Positions 1 through 9,537 of a stretch of 64,000 nt of DNA are shown piece after piece; position 1 is the first letter of the stretch; every line of letters begins with the position of its first letter. The notes beneath the pieces were generated by a model. That model searched no databases. It was not told the origin of the DNA and saw only the letters and a list, made by a program, of their open reading frames with translations. The DNA is from Pseudomonadota bacterium (GTDB taxonomy: Bacteria; Pseudomonadota; Gammaproteobacteria; Burkholderiales; Burkholderiaceae_E): contig JBDLRB010000049.1 of assembly GCA_039800205.1 (NCBI GenBank), forward strand, positions 6,464 through 70,463, given 5' to 3'. The translations under genes were made by a program, and so were the position numbers.

Positions 1-569
1 CGGCGTTCTTTGGCGCACTGTTCTACGCCCGAACGATCACCATGCCCTGGCTGGGCGATCTCGATCACAAGTCCGTACTCTGGCCCGGCTTCCAGGCCGT
101 GTGGCCCAATGTGGGTCCGGCCGGCACGATCGATCCCTTCCAGACCATCGGTCCCTGGCCCATTCCGACGATCAACACGGCCTTGCTGCTGCTGTCGGGC
201 GTGACCCTCACGATCGCCCACCATGCGCTGAAAGAGAACCACCGAGGCAAGGTCATTTTCTGGCTGTTCGCAACGATCGCGCTGGGTGCTGTTTTCCTGG
301 GTTTCCAGGCCTACGAGTACAAGCATGCCTATGTTGACCTGAACCTCAAGCTCACCTCCGGCGTATTCGGATCCACCTTCTTCATGCTGACGGGTTTCCA
401 CGGTTTTCACGTGACGGTCGGCGCGATCATGCTTGCGGTCATTCTGTTTCGCGTGATCAAAGGCCATTTCACGCCACAGCAGCACTTTGGCTTTGAGGCC
501 GCGGCTTGGTACTGGCACTTCGTCGACGTGGTCTGGCTCGGCCTGTACGTCGTCGTTTACTGGCTCTGA
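1..569 (+). CDS. ctaE: cytochrome c oxidase subunit III (aa3 type), 5' end cut by window edge
   Basis: Frame 3 is open from nt 3 (AFFGALFYARTIT precedes the listed Met at 42). Motifs FFMLTGFHGFHVTVG and AAWYWHFVDVVWLGLYVVVYW are typical of subunit III. Oxidase assembly genes follow. Confidence 0.9.
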   Translation, partial: AFFGALFYARTITMPWLGDLDHKSVLWPGFQAVWPNVGPAGTIDPFQTIGPWPIPTINTALLLLSGVTLTIAHHALKENHRGKVIFWLFATIALGAVFLGFQAYEYKHAYVDLNLKLTSGVFGSTFFMLTGFHGFHVTVGAIMLAVILFRVIKGHFTPQQHFGFEAAAWYWHFVDVVWLGLYVVVYWL

Positions 570-575
570 CGAGTA

Positions 576-601
576 ATGAGGGCGCGTCCACGCGCCCTCA
601 T
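576..601. terminator. GC-rich hairpin between convergent genes (11-bp stem, 4-nt loop)
   Basis: ATGAGGGCGCG tcca CGCGCCCTCAT lies 7 nt after the ctaE stop and between convergent genes. There is no clear U-tract on either strand. Confidence 0.4.
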
Positions 602-633
602 CCAACGGGGTCCGGCCTTGTCCCGGCCCCGTG

Positions 634-870
634 CTAACGCTGACCGACCGGAATCCCGGTGCTCTGAATCCAGCCCATCTGATGGGCGATGAGGATCAGC
701 ACGAACAGCGCGATCGAAAAACCGACCCGAAGAGCCAGCGCCCGCACCGTATTGTGCGTCCGGCCCCGGTCACGGATCAGAAACACCAGAGCCGAAGCCA
801 GGCTCCCGATGATCAGCACGAAGGCCACCACGATCACGATCTTCAATGTTGCGCTCCTGATGAAGAGCAT
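634..870 (-). CDS. small twin-transmembrane-helix protein (DUF2909-like), cox-cluster associated
   Basis: The 78-aa product MLFIRSATLKIVIVVAFVLIIGSLAS...FSIALFVLILIAHQMGW has two hydrophobic helices. This is the conserved position between subunit III and SURF1. Start set at the internal ATG (868-870); the upstream part of the 201-aa ORF is Arg/Gly-rich antisense of SURF1. Confidence 0.6.
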   Translation of the reverse strand: MLFIRSATLKIVIVVAFVLIIGSLASALVFLIRDRGRTHNTVRALALRVGFSIALFVLILIAHQMGWIQSTGIPVGQR

Positions 871-924
871 GATTGTAGGCGCCCGAACGATGACCCGTCC
901 GGCTGAGCCGGGTCGCGCACGGTC

Positions 925-1683
925 ATGAGTCGATCGGGCGAGCCCGCTGCGCGCACCCGTCCCGCAGGCGTTCTGCGCGTGATACCCACCCTGGCCGCGC
1001 TGGCCTTGATCATCCTGACCGTTTCGCTGGGAAACTGGCAGATGCGCCGGGCGGCAGAAAAAGAGCAGGCTCAGCAGCGCCTCGATCAGGCGGCGGCCGC
1101 CCCACCCATCGTACTGGGGTCGGAGCGGAGGCTGGGTCCCGACGACCTCAATCGCCGGGTCAGTCTGGTGGGTGAGTGGTTGAGTGCGCACACCGTCTTT
1201 GTCGATAACCGTACTTGGCGTGGGCACGCCGGATTTCATGTCGTGACCCCCGTTAAAATAGAAGGGTCGGGTCAGGTTGTGCTGGTCCTGAGGGGTTGGG
1301 TGCGAGGCGATCCGGCGCAGCGCAATCGATTGCCCGATCTCGGTGCGGCTGCCGAACGGGTTCGGATCGAGGCCCGGGTCGAGGCCGACTTTCCTCAGAC
1401 CCTTGAGTTATCCAGAGGCGCGGTACTGGGCCCGGAGGATCGCCTGTGGCAGAACATCAGCCGAGCCCGTTTCGAAGCGTGGTCCGGTGTGACGGTCGCG
1501 CCCGCGATCCTGCGACAGACGGCCGCGATGCCCGATGATCAGCTGATCCGCGAGTGGGTGCTGCCGGGTTCGGGGGTGGACAAGCATCACGCGTATGCGG
1601 CGCAGTGGTACGGACTCGCGCTGCTGGTTGCAGGTCTCTGGATCGGTTTGACCGTGCGAAGGAAGTCTGGAAAGGCATCATGA
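925..1683 (+). CDS. SURF1 family cytochrome oxidase biogenesis protein
   Basis: 252 aa with N- and C-terminal TM helices. Contains the LGNWQMRRAAEKE motif and C-terminal HHAYAAQWYGLAL. Sits in the cox assembly cluster. Confidence 0.8.
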   Translation: MSRSGEPAARTRPAGVLRVIPTLAALALIILTVSLGNWQMRRAAEKEQAQQRLDQAAAAPPIVLGSERRLGPDDLNRRVSLVGEWLSAHTVFVDNRTWRGHAGFHVVTPVKIEGSGQVVLVLRGWVRGDPAQRNRLPDLGAAAERVRIEARVEADFPQTLELSRGAVLGPEDRLWQNISRARFEAWSGVTVAPAILRQTAAMPDDQLIREWVLPGSGVDKHHAYAAQWYGLALLVAGLWIGLTVRRKSGKAS

Positions 1684-2291
1684 CGACGTCTGTTTCTTCA
1701 GTGAGCCCCCCGGGAGGCCACCGCGTGCGCGGGCGGCTCAAGCTGGCGCTGATTCTCCTGGCCTGTGCTGCGCCCGTCCTGGCGTCCTACTTCACGTACT
1801 ACGTCCTGCGGCCTGAGGGCCGAACCAACTACGGTGAGCTGATCGAGCCGCAACGGCCCGTCGGCGACGTACCGGTCGTCACGCTCGAGGGTGAGGCGCG
1901 CACCTTCTCCAGCCTGAAGGGAAAGTGGCTGATGGTCACGGCAGCGTCCGCCGACTGTTCAGGGGATTGCCCCGATCGGCTGCTCCAGATGCGACAGGTG
2001 CGGCTCATGACCGGGCGTGAGCGCGACCGGATCGAACGCGTCTGGCTGGTGACCGATCCGGCGGTGCCCCGCCCCGCCATGCTTGAGCCCCATGAGGGGC
2101 TTCAAGTGCTGCGCGTCGACGCCCAAACTTTCGCTCGGCATTTTCCGGCCGCCCCAGGCGGCGATCCGACCCGTCACATTTTCATCATCGATCCGCTCGG
2201 CAATCTGATGATGCGGTTCCCCGGCGCCGCCGAGCCTGCTCGCATGAAGAAAGACCTGAGCAAACTGCTGCGCGCCTCGCGCATCGGTTGA
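1680..2291 (+). CDS. membrane-anchored CxxxC protein of the cox assembly cluster (SCO/thioredoxin-fold-like, function unknown)
   Basis: ATGA overlap with the SURF1 stop (ATG 1680, TGA 1681-1683). Has an N-terminal TM helix (LKLALILLACAAPVLASYF) and a CSGDC motif. This is the conserved slot between SURF1 and ctaA. Confidence 0.5.
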   Translation: MTTSVSSVSPPGGHRVRGRLKLALILLACAAPVLASYFTYYVLRPEGRTNYGELIEPQRPVGDVPVVTLEGEARTFSSLKGKWLMVTAASADCSGDCPDRLLQMRQVRLMTGRERDRIERVWLVTDPAVPRPAMLEPHEGLQVLRVDAQTFARHFPAAPGGDPTRHIFIIDPLGNLMMRFPGAAEPARMKKDLSKLLRASRIG

Positions 2292-2319
2292 TCACCGCAC
2301 CCTGGCAGACGAGTCAAGT

Positions 2320-3372
2320 ATGTCCACTGATTCATTCCGTTACCCTGAGTCTGAACCCGGTCGCCCTGCGCTGGTCCGCTATGCCCGACTGATCGGATTC
2401 ACCGCAGCCCTCACGCTGCTGTTGATCATGATCGGTGCCTGGGTCCGATTGACCGACGCGGGGCTCGGCTGCCCGGACTGGCCGGGCTGCTACGGCAAAC
2501 TGACCCCGAAGGGCGCGAGCACGCAGATTGCGCAGGCCGTGGCCGAGCAGGGCGGTGAGCACGGTCCCGTATCGATGGGCAAGGCGTGGCGTGAGATGGT
2601 GCATCGCTACATCGCCTCTTTTCTCGGACTGCTGATCATCGCCATCGCGGTGGCCGCCTGGCGGCTCAGAACACGACTCGATCAGCCGCCCGGCTTGCCG
2701 CTGGCGCTGGTGGGTATCGTCATCTTTCAGGGTCTGTTGGGCATGTGGACGGTCACCCTGCTGCTCAAGCCCGCCATCGTCACCTTGCATCTGGCCGGCG
2801 GGCTCCTCACCTTTGCCTTGCTGGTCTGGCTCTACTGTCGCCAGGTTCGTGAGCCGCGTCTGCGTGATCCGGAACTGTTGTACGAGTTACGGCGTCCTGC
2901 GGTGATCGGACTGGTTTTGCTCTGCGCTCAGATCCTCCTGGGCGGCTGGACCAGCACCAATTACGCGGCGCTCGCGTGTACCGATCTGCCGACCTGTCAG
3001 GGACGCTGGTGGCCCGAGATGAATTTTGCCGACGCCTTTCATGTCATTCGTGAGCTGGGACGAACGAGCGATGGCGAGTTCCTGCCCATGCAGGCCCTGA
3101 CGGCAATCCACATGATGCATCGGATCGGCGCCGTGCTGGTCCTGGGCTGGCTCCTCTGGCTGGCGGTGCGCCTGATGCGGACCGAGGGCGCGCGCGACCT
3201 GGGGCGTGCGATTCTGGCCATGGTGGTGCTGCAGTTCTGCCTGGGCCTGTCCAACGTCTGGTTCAGCTTGCCGATCAATGTTGCGGTCGCCCACACTGGG
3301 GGCGCCGCCCTCCTGCTGGCCTTGATGGTGGTGCTAAACTTCAGGGTTGCTCGAGCACCGCTTCAGATCTGA
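2320..3372 (+). CDS. ctaA: heme A synthase (COX15/CtaA family)
   Basis: 350 aa, polytopic. Contains the [12 protein letters not shown] motif and conserved His-containing helices. Confidence 0.85.
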   Translation: MSTDSFRYPESEPGRPALVRYARLIGFTAALTLLLIMIGAWVRLTDAGLGCPDWPGCYGKLTPKGASTQIAQAVAEQGGEHGPVSMGKAWREMVHRYIASFLGLLIIAIAVAAWRLRTRLDQPPGLPLALVGIVIFQGLLGMWTVTLLLKPAIVTLHLAGGLLTFALLVWLYCRQVREPRLRDPELLYELRRPAVIGLVLLCAQILLGGWTSTNYAALACTDLPTCQGRWWPEMNFADAFHVIRELGRTSDGEFLPMQALTAIHMMHRIGAVLVLGWLLWLAVRLMRTEGARDLGRAILAMVVLQFCLGLSNVWFSLPINVAVAHTGGAALLLALMVVLNFRVARAPLQI

Positions 3373-3382
3373 ACGCCCACCC

Positions 3383-4279
3383 ATGCAACTGTCCCAGTCC
3401 CGGTACGCTGCCCTTCGGCACGTCATTCGACAGTACTACGAGCTGACCAAGCCCCGCGTGGTCATGCTGGCGGCGTTTTGCGCACTGATCGGCATGCTGC
3501 TCGCCACGCGTGATCCGATTCCCTGGACCGTGCTGGTGGCCGGCATCGCCGGGATCTCGCTGCTGGCCGGAGCCGGCTTCGCATTCAATTGCCTGATCGA
3601 GCGCAGCATCGATGCGCGGATGGCGCGGACCCGCGCTCGTCCCTTGCCCCGAGGCGAGGTCGGGGTGACCGGCACAATTATTTTCGCAGGCGTGATCGGC
3701 GGCATCGGGTCGTTTCTGCTCTATCAATACGTCAATGCGCTCACGATGTGGCTGACCATGGCCACTTTTGTCGGCTATGCCGTCATCTATACGGTGCTCC
3801 TCAAGCCGGCCACACCCCAGAACATCGTGATTGGCGGGGCCTCGGGCGCCATGCCCCCGCTCCTGGGCTGGACGGCGGTTGCCAACGAGGTCACCGCGCC
3901 CGCTCTGGTGCTCTTTCTGATCATCTTCGTCTGGACGCCGCCGCATTTCTGGGCGCTCGCGCTCTATCGCATCGAAGACTACCGCCGCTCCGGTCTGCCG
4001 ATGTTGCCCATCACCCACGGCCCCGAGTTCACGCGACTCAATGTGCTGCTCTACACGATCCTGCTGGTGGCCGTGAGCCTGCTGCCCTTCATGATCCACA
4101 TGAGCGGACTCTTCTATCTGATGGCCGCGCTCGCGCTCGGGATCGTGTTCCTGGTGTACGCCTGGCGGTTGTGGCGTCAGTACAGCGATGCGCTCGCCCG
4201 CAGAACCTTCAGTTACTCGATCTTCTACCTTGCCGCACTCTTCGGTGCCTTGCTGATCGATCACTATCTGAACGCATGA
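3383..4279 (+). CDS. ctaB: protoheme IX farnesyltransferase (heme O synthase)
   Basis: UbiA-family motifs ([31 protein letters not shown]). Start set at ATG 3383, after the ctaA stop at 3370-3372. Confidence 0.9.
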   Translation: MQLSQSRYAALRHVIRQYYELTKPRVVMLAAFCALIGMLLATRDPIPWTVLVAGIAGISLLAGAGFAFNCLIERSIDARMARTRARPLPRGEVGVTGTIIFAGVIGGIGSFLLYQYVNALTMWLTMATFVGYAVIYTVLLKPATPQNIVIGGASGAMPPLLGWTAVANEVTAPALVLFLIIFVWTPPHFWALALYRIEDYRRSGLPMLPITHGPEFTRLNVLLYTILLVAVSLLPFMIHMSGLFYLMAALALGIVFLVYAWRLWRQYSDALARRTFSYSIFYLAALFGALLIDHYLNA

Positions 4280-4893
4280 AGCCGAATTCTGAGGGGCGCT
4301 ATCCGGATGCCCTCCGGCGGGTGCTGTTGCTGGCGCCTGCCGCAAGCGGGCTCCTGAGCGCATGCGGGGCCCGGCCCGCGCCCTTTCAGAACACCGACAT
4401 CACGGGCGCCGATTTCGGCAAGGATTTCAGCCTGACCGATCATCACGGCAGAGTGCGTCAACGGGCTGACTTTCGTGGCCGGATCCTGACCGTATTCTTT
4501 GGCTACACACAGTGCCCGGATGTCTGTCCGTCGACGCTGTCCGAAATGGCTCAGGTGATGAGTCAGCTGGGTGAGCGGGCCGCGCAGGTTCAGGTTGCGT
4601 TCATCACCGTTGACCCGGAGCGGGACACCCAGGCGCTCCTGGCCGAGTATGTGCCGGCCTTTCATCCGAGTTTTCTGGGTCTGCGGGGCGATCTCGAGAC
4701 CACGGCTCGTACGGCCAAGGCGTTCAGGGTGTTCTACCAGAAGGTCAAGGGCAAAACCCCCGACCAATACACGATCGACCACACCGCCGGCAGCTATGTC
4801 TACGACCGCCAGGGTCGGATCAGGCTGTTCATCAAGCATGGCACCGGGCCGGCGCCGATTCTGGCCGACCTCCGGCGCTTGCTCGACGAGTAA
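4276..4893 (+). CDS. SCO1/SenC family copper chaperone
   Basis: ATGA overlap with the ctaB stop. Has a lipoprotein-like signal (LLSAC) and the [11 protein letters not shown] CxxxC motif plus a downstream DHT. Only the C-terminal 205 codons of the 434-aa ORF are real. Confidence 0.85.
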   Translation: MKPNSEGRYPDALRRVLLLAPAASGLLSACGARPAPFQNTDITGADFGKDFSLTDHHGRVRQRADFRGRILTVFFGYTQCPDVCPSTLSEMAQVMSQLGERAAQVQVAFITVDPERDTQALLAEYVPAFHPSFLGLRGDLETTARTAKAFRVFYQKVKGKTPDQYTIDHTAGSYVYDRQGRIRLFIKHGTGPAPILADLRRLLDE

Positions 4894-4918
4894 CAAGCGA
4901 CCGGTTCAGCCTGGCCGC

Positions 4919-5803
4919 TCAGCGTGCGCGTGCGGCGAGCAGGCTGGCCAGCAGGATCAGGCTGCCGCCTGCAAGGACCTGCGGCCCGAGGGCCTCGCCC
5001 GCAAACCAGGCCGCAGAAAGCGCGGCCACCAGCACTTCGGACAGCAATACGATCGAGGTGACTCGCGAGGGCAATCGGGCGGCGCCATATTGCAGCATGA
5101 GGTTTGCGACGAGCATCACTAGCGCGAATCCGATCAGTGCTTGAACCCAGTGTGCCGCAAGGGGGGGTGGCAGGCCGATCAGATCGGCGCTGAGCAGCAC
5201 GGGCGTCAGCAGCAGCGGAATGATCAGCCCGCCCACGGACATTGCCAGCGCCCGATCGGTGGCCGGCGTGCCTGCCTGTCGCCGCAGGATGATGTTCACC
5301 AGGGCAAAGCCCATGCCTCCCACGATTCCGAGCCCGTCGCCCAGGCTGGCGGGGAGCGGCAGCCCGACCGCCGGATCCCACAGCACGACCCCTGCACCGA
5401 TGAGCGCGAGCCCAGCCCGGACGACAACGCCGGGAGTGAGGGGCTCGCCCAGGAGCCAACGAGCCAGCAAAGCCGCCCAGACCGGCATCAGATAGAACAG
5501 CAGCACGACCCGGACGACTTCGCCCACGGTGACGCCCCAGTTGAAGGCGCTGTTCGTCACGCCCGAGACCAGAGCGAGCCCCCACAGCCAGGGCGCGCGC
5601 AGCACCCCTCGGATACTGGCGGGGCGGGTGGCCGCGATCACCACGCAGGCGAACCCGAAAATGGCCGAAGTCGTCCAGAGGCTGTGCAAGCCCACCGATT
5701 CGAAGTAACGCATCGGCCACCAGGTGAGGCCCCAGGTGCTTGCGTTCACCAACAAGGCGAGGACGGGCCAGGTCAGCGCAGAACCTTTCGGCGTCGTGTT
5801 CAT
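4919..5803 (-). CDS. EamA/DMT family transporter
   Basis: 294 aa with about 10 hydrophobic helices and the duplicated EamA-type architecture. Confidence 0.75.
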   Translation of the reverse strand: MNTTPKGSALTWPVLALLVNASTWGLTWWPMRYFESVGLHSLWTTSAIFGFACVVIAATRPASIRGVLRAPWLWGLALVSGVTNSAFNWGVTVGEVVRVVLLFYLMPVWAALLARWLLGEPLTPGVVVRAGLALIGAGVVLWDPAVGLPLPASLGDGLGIVGGMGFALVNIILRRQAGTPATDRALAMSVGGLIIPLLLTPVLLSADLIGLPPPLAAHWVQALIGFALVMLVANLMLQYGAARLPSRVTSIVLLSEVLVAALSAAWFAGEALGPQVLAGGSLILLASLLAARAR

Positions 5804-5821
5804 TGAGCTGAACCTGCTGGT

Positions 5822-5858
5822 GTTAAAAGACCCGTCACACGCAGTCGTGCGACGGGTC
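5822..5858 (-). terminator. rho-independent terminator downstream of rpoH
   Basis: GACCCGTC(A)CAC / GTG(C)GACGGGTC stem with a 6-nt loop at 5829-5858. On the minus strand it is followed by TTTTAAC. Lies 21 nt after the rpoH stop. Confidence 0.5.
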
Positions 5859-5878
5859 GGAGATCGAGAACGGATCGC

Positions 5879-6775
5879 TTATGCGTAGGCACTCAGCGCT
5901 GTCTTCATCTTCTGGAGCGCCTTGACTTCGATCTGGCGGATCCGCTCTGCGGATACGCCGAACTCGTCAGCCAGTTGGTGCAGGGTCAGTGCTCCTCCGT
6001 CGGACTCGTCTCGCAGCCAGCGCGTTTCGATGATTCGTCGGCTGCGCGGATCGAGCGCCTCCAGGGCCCCGCGCAGTCCATCGCTTTGCAGCCGGTCGTA
6101 CTCGAGCGCCTGGAGGCGGGCCAGCGGTTCCGCATCGGGCGCAGACAGATACGCAATCGGCGCGAACGATTCCTCACCATCATCGGTCTGAGGATCGAGC
6201 GCAAGATCCTGTCCGCTCATCCGGGTTTCCATCTCGACCACGTCCTTGTCCCGGACATTCAGTTCACGGGCGATCGCTTCGACCTCATCGGGCGTGAGCG
6301 TGGCCGAGCTGGTCTTGTGCGAGCGCAGATTGAAGAAGAGCTTGCGCTGGGCCTTGGTGGTGGCTACCCGCACCAGGCGCCAGTTTTTAAGGATGTACTC
6401 GTGAATCTCGGCTTTGATCCAGTGCAGTGCAAACGACACCAGACGAACGCCCCGCTCGGGGTCAAAGCGCTTGACGGCCTTCATCAGGCCGATATTGCCT
6501 TCCTGGATCAGGTCGGCATGGGGCAAGCCGTACCCAAGGTACTGGCGGGCCACCGAGACGACGAGTCGCAGGTGTGACATCACGAGTTCGCGCGCCGCTT
6601 CCAGGTCCTGCTCATCGCGAAAGCGCCGGGCCAGATCGGACTCGCGCTCCAGGGACAGCATCGGCAAACGGTTGACGGCGGAAATGTAGGCATCGAGATC
6701 TCCGACCGGGGGCAGCGCAACCGCTGCGCCGGCCACAGAACCGGGCACGAGGGCAGTGGGATTCCAGGCGGACAT
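5879..6775 (-). CDS. rpoH: RNA polymerase sigma-32 (heat-shock sigma factor)
   Basis: Contains the RpoH box QRKLFFNLR and sigma-70 regions 2-4. ATG at 6775 is preferred over 6784 because AAGGA lies 8 nt upstream of it. Confidence 0.9.
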   Translation of the reverse strand: MSAWNPTALVPGSVAGAAVALPPVGDLDAYISAVNRLPMLSLERESDLARRFRDEQDLEAARELVMSHLRLVVSVARQYLGYGLPHADLIQEGNIGLMKAVKRFDPERGVRLVSFALHWIKAEIHEYILKNWRLVRVATTKAQRKLFFNLRSHKTSSATLTPDEVEAIARELNVRDKDVVEMETRMSGQDLALDPQTDDGEESFAPIAYLSAPDAEPLARLQALEYDRLQSDGLRGALEALDPRSRRIIETRWLRDESDGGALTLHQLADEFGVSAERIRQIEVKALQKMKTALSAYA

Positions 6776-6847
6776 ACAGAGCATCCTTTCAGTGGGCCCG
6801 GAACCGGTCCGGGCATTTTCCTGACCAGCCGGTCAGTTGTTGGGAAA

Positions 6848-6877
6848 ATGTTAGCACTCTTCACTGGTGAGTGCCAA
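6848..6877 (-). promoter_or_regulatory. candidate sigma-70 promoter of rpoH (TTGGCA-18 nt-TAACAT) with an embedded 6-bp inverted repeat
   Basis: Read on the minus strand: TTGGCA (6877-6872), an 18-nt spacer containing GCACTC...GAGTGC, then TAACAT (6853-6848). Confidence 0.3.
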
Positions 6878-6968
6878 GACTTGGCCGGATCCGATCAAGG
6901 GTCAATCGTGAGGGGCGTCACACAGGCGGCCCGCCCGACGGCGCTTGGGCTCTCGGGTTGGCGGCCGA

Positions 6969-8045
6969 TCAGCCCAGGAGCGCCGTCGAGAACTCCCGGG
7001 CGCTGAAGGCCTGGAGGTCATCCAGCCCTTCTCCAACCCCGATGAAGTAGACCGGGATCGGGCGTTCGCGACGCTGATGGGCCAGCGCAACGATGGCGCC
7101 GCCCTTGGCTGTGCCATCGAGCTTGGTGATGATCAGGCCCGTCAGATCGAGCGCTTCGTCGAAGGCCTTGACCTGAGCGAGCATGTTCTGTCCGGTGTTG
7201 CCATCGAGCACCAGCAGGATCTCGTGCGGCGCGCCGTCCAGGGCCTTGCCCGTCACCCGTTTGATCTTGCGCAGTTCTTCCATGAGGTGAAGCTGGGTGG
7301 GCAGTCGACCCGCCGTGTCGATGATCACGACGCCGGTGCGCCGAGCTCGGGCGGCGCTGACCGCGTCGAAGGCGACCGCCGCAGGATCACCGCCCTGTTG
7401 CGCGATCACCTCGACGCCGTTGCGCTCACCCCAGCGAGCCAATTGCTCGCGTGCCGCGGCCCGAAAGGTATCGCCTGCGGCGAGGAGGACCGACTTGCCC
7501 TCGGCTTGCAGGTGGCGCGCAAGCTTGCCGATCGAGGTGGTCTTCCCCGCACCGTTGACGCCGGCGATCATCATGACCAGCGGCTCGGCCCGGTCGATGT
7601 CAACGGGCTTTTCCATGGGCGCAAGGAGCGACTCGACCATCTCGCGAAGCGCGGCACGCAGGGCCTCGCCGGTCTCGATGCGGTCGGCGCGGGCCGTGCG
7701 TCTGAGGGCTTCGATCAGCCATTCGGTGGTGGCCACACCTGCGTCACTGGCCAGCAATGCGGTCTCGAGCTCTTCGTAGAGCGCCTCATCGACACGGCTG
7801 CCGGTGAAGATCGTGGTGAGCGTCGACCGGGTGCGCGCCAGTCCGCCCTTCAGGCGATCGAGCCAGGACAGGCGCTCTGGCCGAGGCGTCTCGGGATCGG
7901 AAGCGGTCTGGGTCGCCGGGGCTCCGGAAACGGGCGTTCCCACCTCCTGTCCAGACGAGGGCAAGACGGGCGAAGGAGGACTGGGGGCCTGCGCCTGATC
8001 AGGCTCGTCGACAACAGGTCTTTTGCGGCGCAGGAATCCGAACAT
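6969..8045 (-). CDS. ftsY: signal recognition particle receptor FtsY
   Basis: C-terminal NG domain with GVNGAGKTTSIGKLA, DTAGR and TKLDGTAKGG. Has an acidic/Pro-rich N-terminus. ATG 8045 (MFGFLRRK) is preferred over the TTG at 8057. Confidence 0.9.
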   Translation of the reverse strand: MFGFLRRKRPVVDEPDQAQAPSPPSPVLPSSGQEVGTPVSGAPATQTASDPETPRPERLSWLDRLKGGLARTRSTLTTIFTGSRVDEALYEELETALLASDAGVATTEWLIEALRRTARADRIETGEALRAALREMVESLLAPMEKPVDIDRAEPLVMMIAGVNGAGKTTSIGKLARHLQAEGKSVLLAAGDTFRAAAREQLARWGERNGVEVIAQQGGDPAAVAFDAVSAARARRTGVVIIDTAGRLPTQLHLMEELRKIKRVTGKALDGAPHEILLVLDGNTGQNMLAQVKAFDEALDLTGLIITKLDGTAKGGAIVALAHQRRERPIPVYFIGVGEGLDDLQAFSAREFSTALLG

Positions 8046-8097
8046 GGCTACACTCAAAATTCAATTCTAACCCGCACCTTTTCCGACCCGCTCTTCG

Positions 8098-9516
8098 ATG
8101 TCACCCGCCTGTTCGACCGCTTTTCGCTCTGGCTGCTCCCGGATCCGAACCACGCCGCTTCGGGCGCTGTGGCTGGGCCTGATCGGGCTCTGCATCAGCT
8201 CGGCCGTGTGGGCCCAGACCGTCGTGGAGTCCACGCTCGAAAACGGTCTCAAGGTGCTGATCAAGCCCGACCGTCGCGCGCCCACCGCCGTACAACTGCT
8301 GGCGTATCGGGTGGGTTCGGTGGACGAACATAACGGGGTGACCGGTGTGTCGCACCTGCTCGAGCACATGATGTTCAAGGGCACCCCCACCGTCCCGGCG
8401 GGCGAGTTCTCACGAAGGGTGTCGGCCGCGGGGGGGCGCGACAATGCCTTCACCTCGAGGGATTACACCGGCTATTTTCAACAGGTGCCGCGCGCCAGCC
8501 TCGCTACGATGATCGCACTGGAGGCCGATCGGATGACGCACCTGGTCCTGAAGCCCGGTGACTTTGCCACCGAGCGGGAAGTCGTCATCGAGGAGCGCAG
8601 ACTGCGGACCGACGATCGCGCGCGGGCGCTCGTCGCCGAGCACTTGATGGCGCTGGCCTTTACCGCGTCGCCCTATCGCCAGCCGATCGTGGGCTGGATG
8701 AGCGATCTGCAGTCGATGACCCTGGGTGATCTCGAGGATTGGTATCGCAAATGGTATGCACCGGGCAATGCAACCCTCGTGATCGTTGGCGACGTTGACC
8801 CCGATGCGGTACTTGATCAGGTCCGCCAGCATTACGGCGCAATTGCGGCTCGGTCCCTGCCTCCCAGAAAGGCACAGGCCGAGCCCGTGCAGCGCGGATT
8901 GCGCCAGGCCGTCGTCCGCGCGCCTGCGGAGAACCCCTACCTGTTGATGGCCTTCAAGGTGCCGGGTCTGTCGGACGTCGAGGCAGAGACCGATGCCTTT
9001 GCGCTCGAAATGCTGGCTGCGGTCCTGGCGGGCGACGACAACGCTCGTCTCGCCCGTCAGCTGGTTCGGGTCGATCGGGTGGCCGATCAGGCTTTTGCAT
9101 CGTATGACATGACCGGTCGAGGGCCCTCGCTCTTCATGCTGGGCGGCGTACCGGCTGCAGGGCAGTCCGTGACGGGGCTGCGCCGGGCGCTGGTCGAGCA
9201 GGTCCGCCGAATCGCCGAGCACGGCGTCGAGGTCAATGAACTCGAGCGCCTGCGGATCCAGTACGTGGCGTCCCGCATCTATCAGCGGGATTCGCTGATG
9301 GCTCAGGCGACCGAGCTCGCCGGGCTCGAAATGGCGGGCCTGGGCTGGCGAGCGGCCGATCGTCTGCTCGAGCGGATTCGTACCGTGACGCCCGAGCAGG
9401 TACGACGGGCGGCGGGCAAGTATTTCTCCGAGGATCAGCTGACGGTGGTCGAGCTCGATCCACAACCCGTCGCGTCGGTGCGCCCTGCCGGGCGTTCGTC
9501 CGACCGTCCCCACTGA
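8098..9516 (+). CDS. M16 family zinc peptidase (catalytic subunit, secreted)
   Basis: Signal peptide ending AVWAQ. Inverted zincin motif HLLEHMMFKG (HxxEH). Confidence 0.85.
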   Translation: MSPACSTAFRSGCSRIRTTPLRALWLGLIGLCISSAVWAQTVVESTLENGLKVLIKPDRRAPTAVQLLAYRVGSVDEHNGVTGVSHLLEHMMFKGTPTVPAGEFSRRVSAAGGRDNAFTSRDYTGYFQQVPRASLATMIALEADRMTHLVLKPGDFATEREVVIEERRLRTDDRARALVAEHLMALAFTASPYRQPIVGWMSDLQSMTLGDLEDWYRKWYAPGNATLVIVGDVDPDAVLDQVRQHYGAIAARSLPPRKAQAEPVQRGLRQAVVRAPAENPYLLMAFKVPGLSDVEAETDAFALEMLAAVLAGDDNARLARQLVRVDRVADQAFASYDMTGRGPSLFMLGGVPAAGQSVTGLRRALVEQVRRIAEHGVEVNELERLRIQYVASRIYQRDSLMAQATELAGLEMAGLGWRAADRLLERIRTVTPEQVRRAAGKYFSEDQLTVVELDPQPVASVRPAGRSSDRPH

Positions 9517-9537
9517 ACCCGAGCGACTGGCGGACAC

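Noticed and set aside
3589-4893. 434-aa plus-strand ORF that looks like a large protein overlapping ctaB and ending in a SCO domain
   Set aside because: The N-terminal 229 codons are an alternative frame of ctaB and are Arg/Pro-rich. The real SCO gene starts at ATG 4276, which overlaps the ctaB stop.
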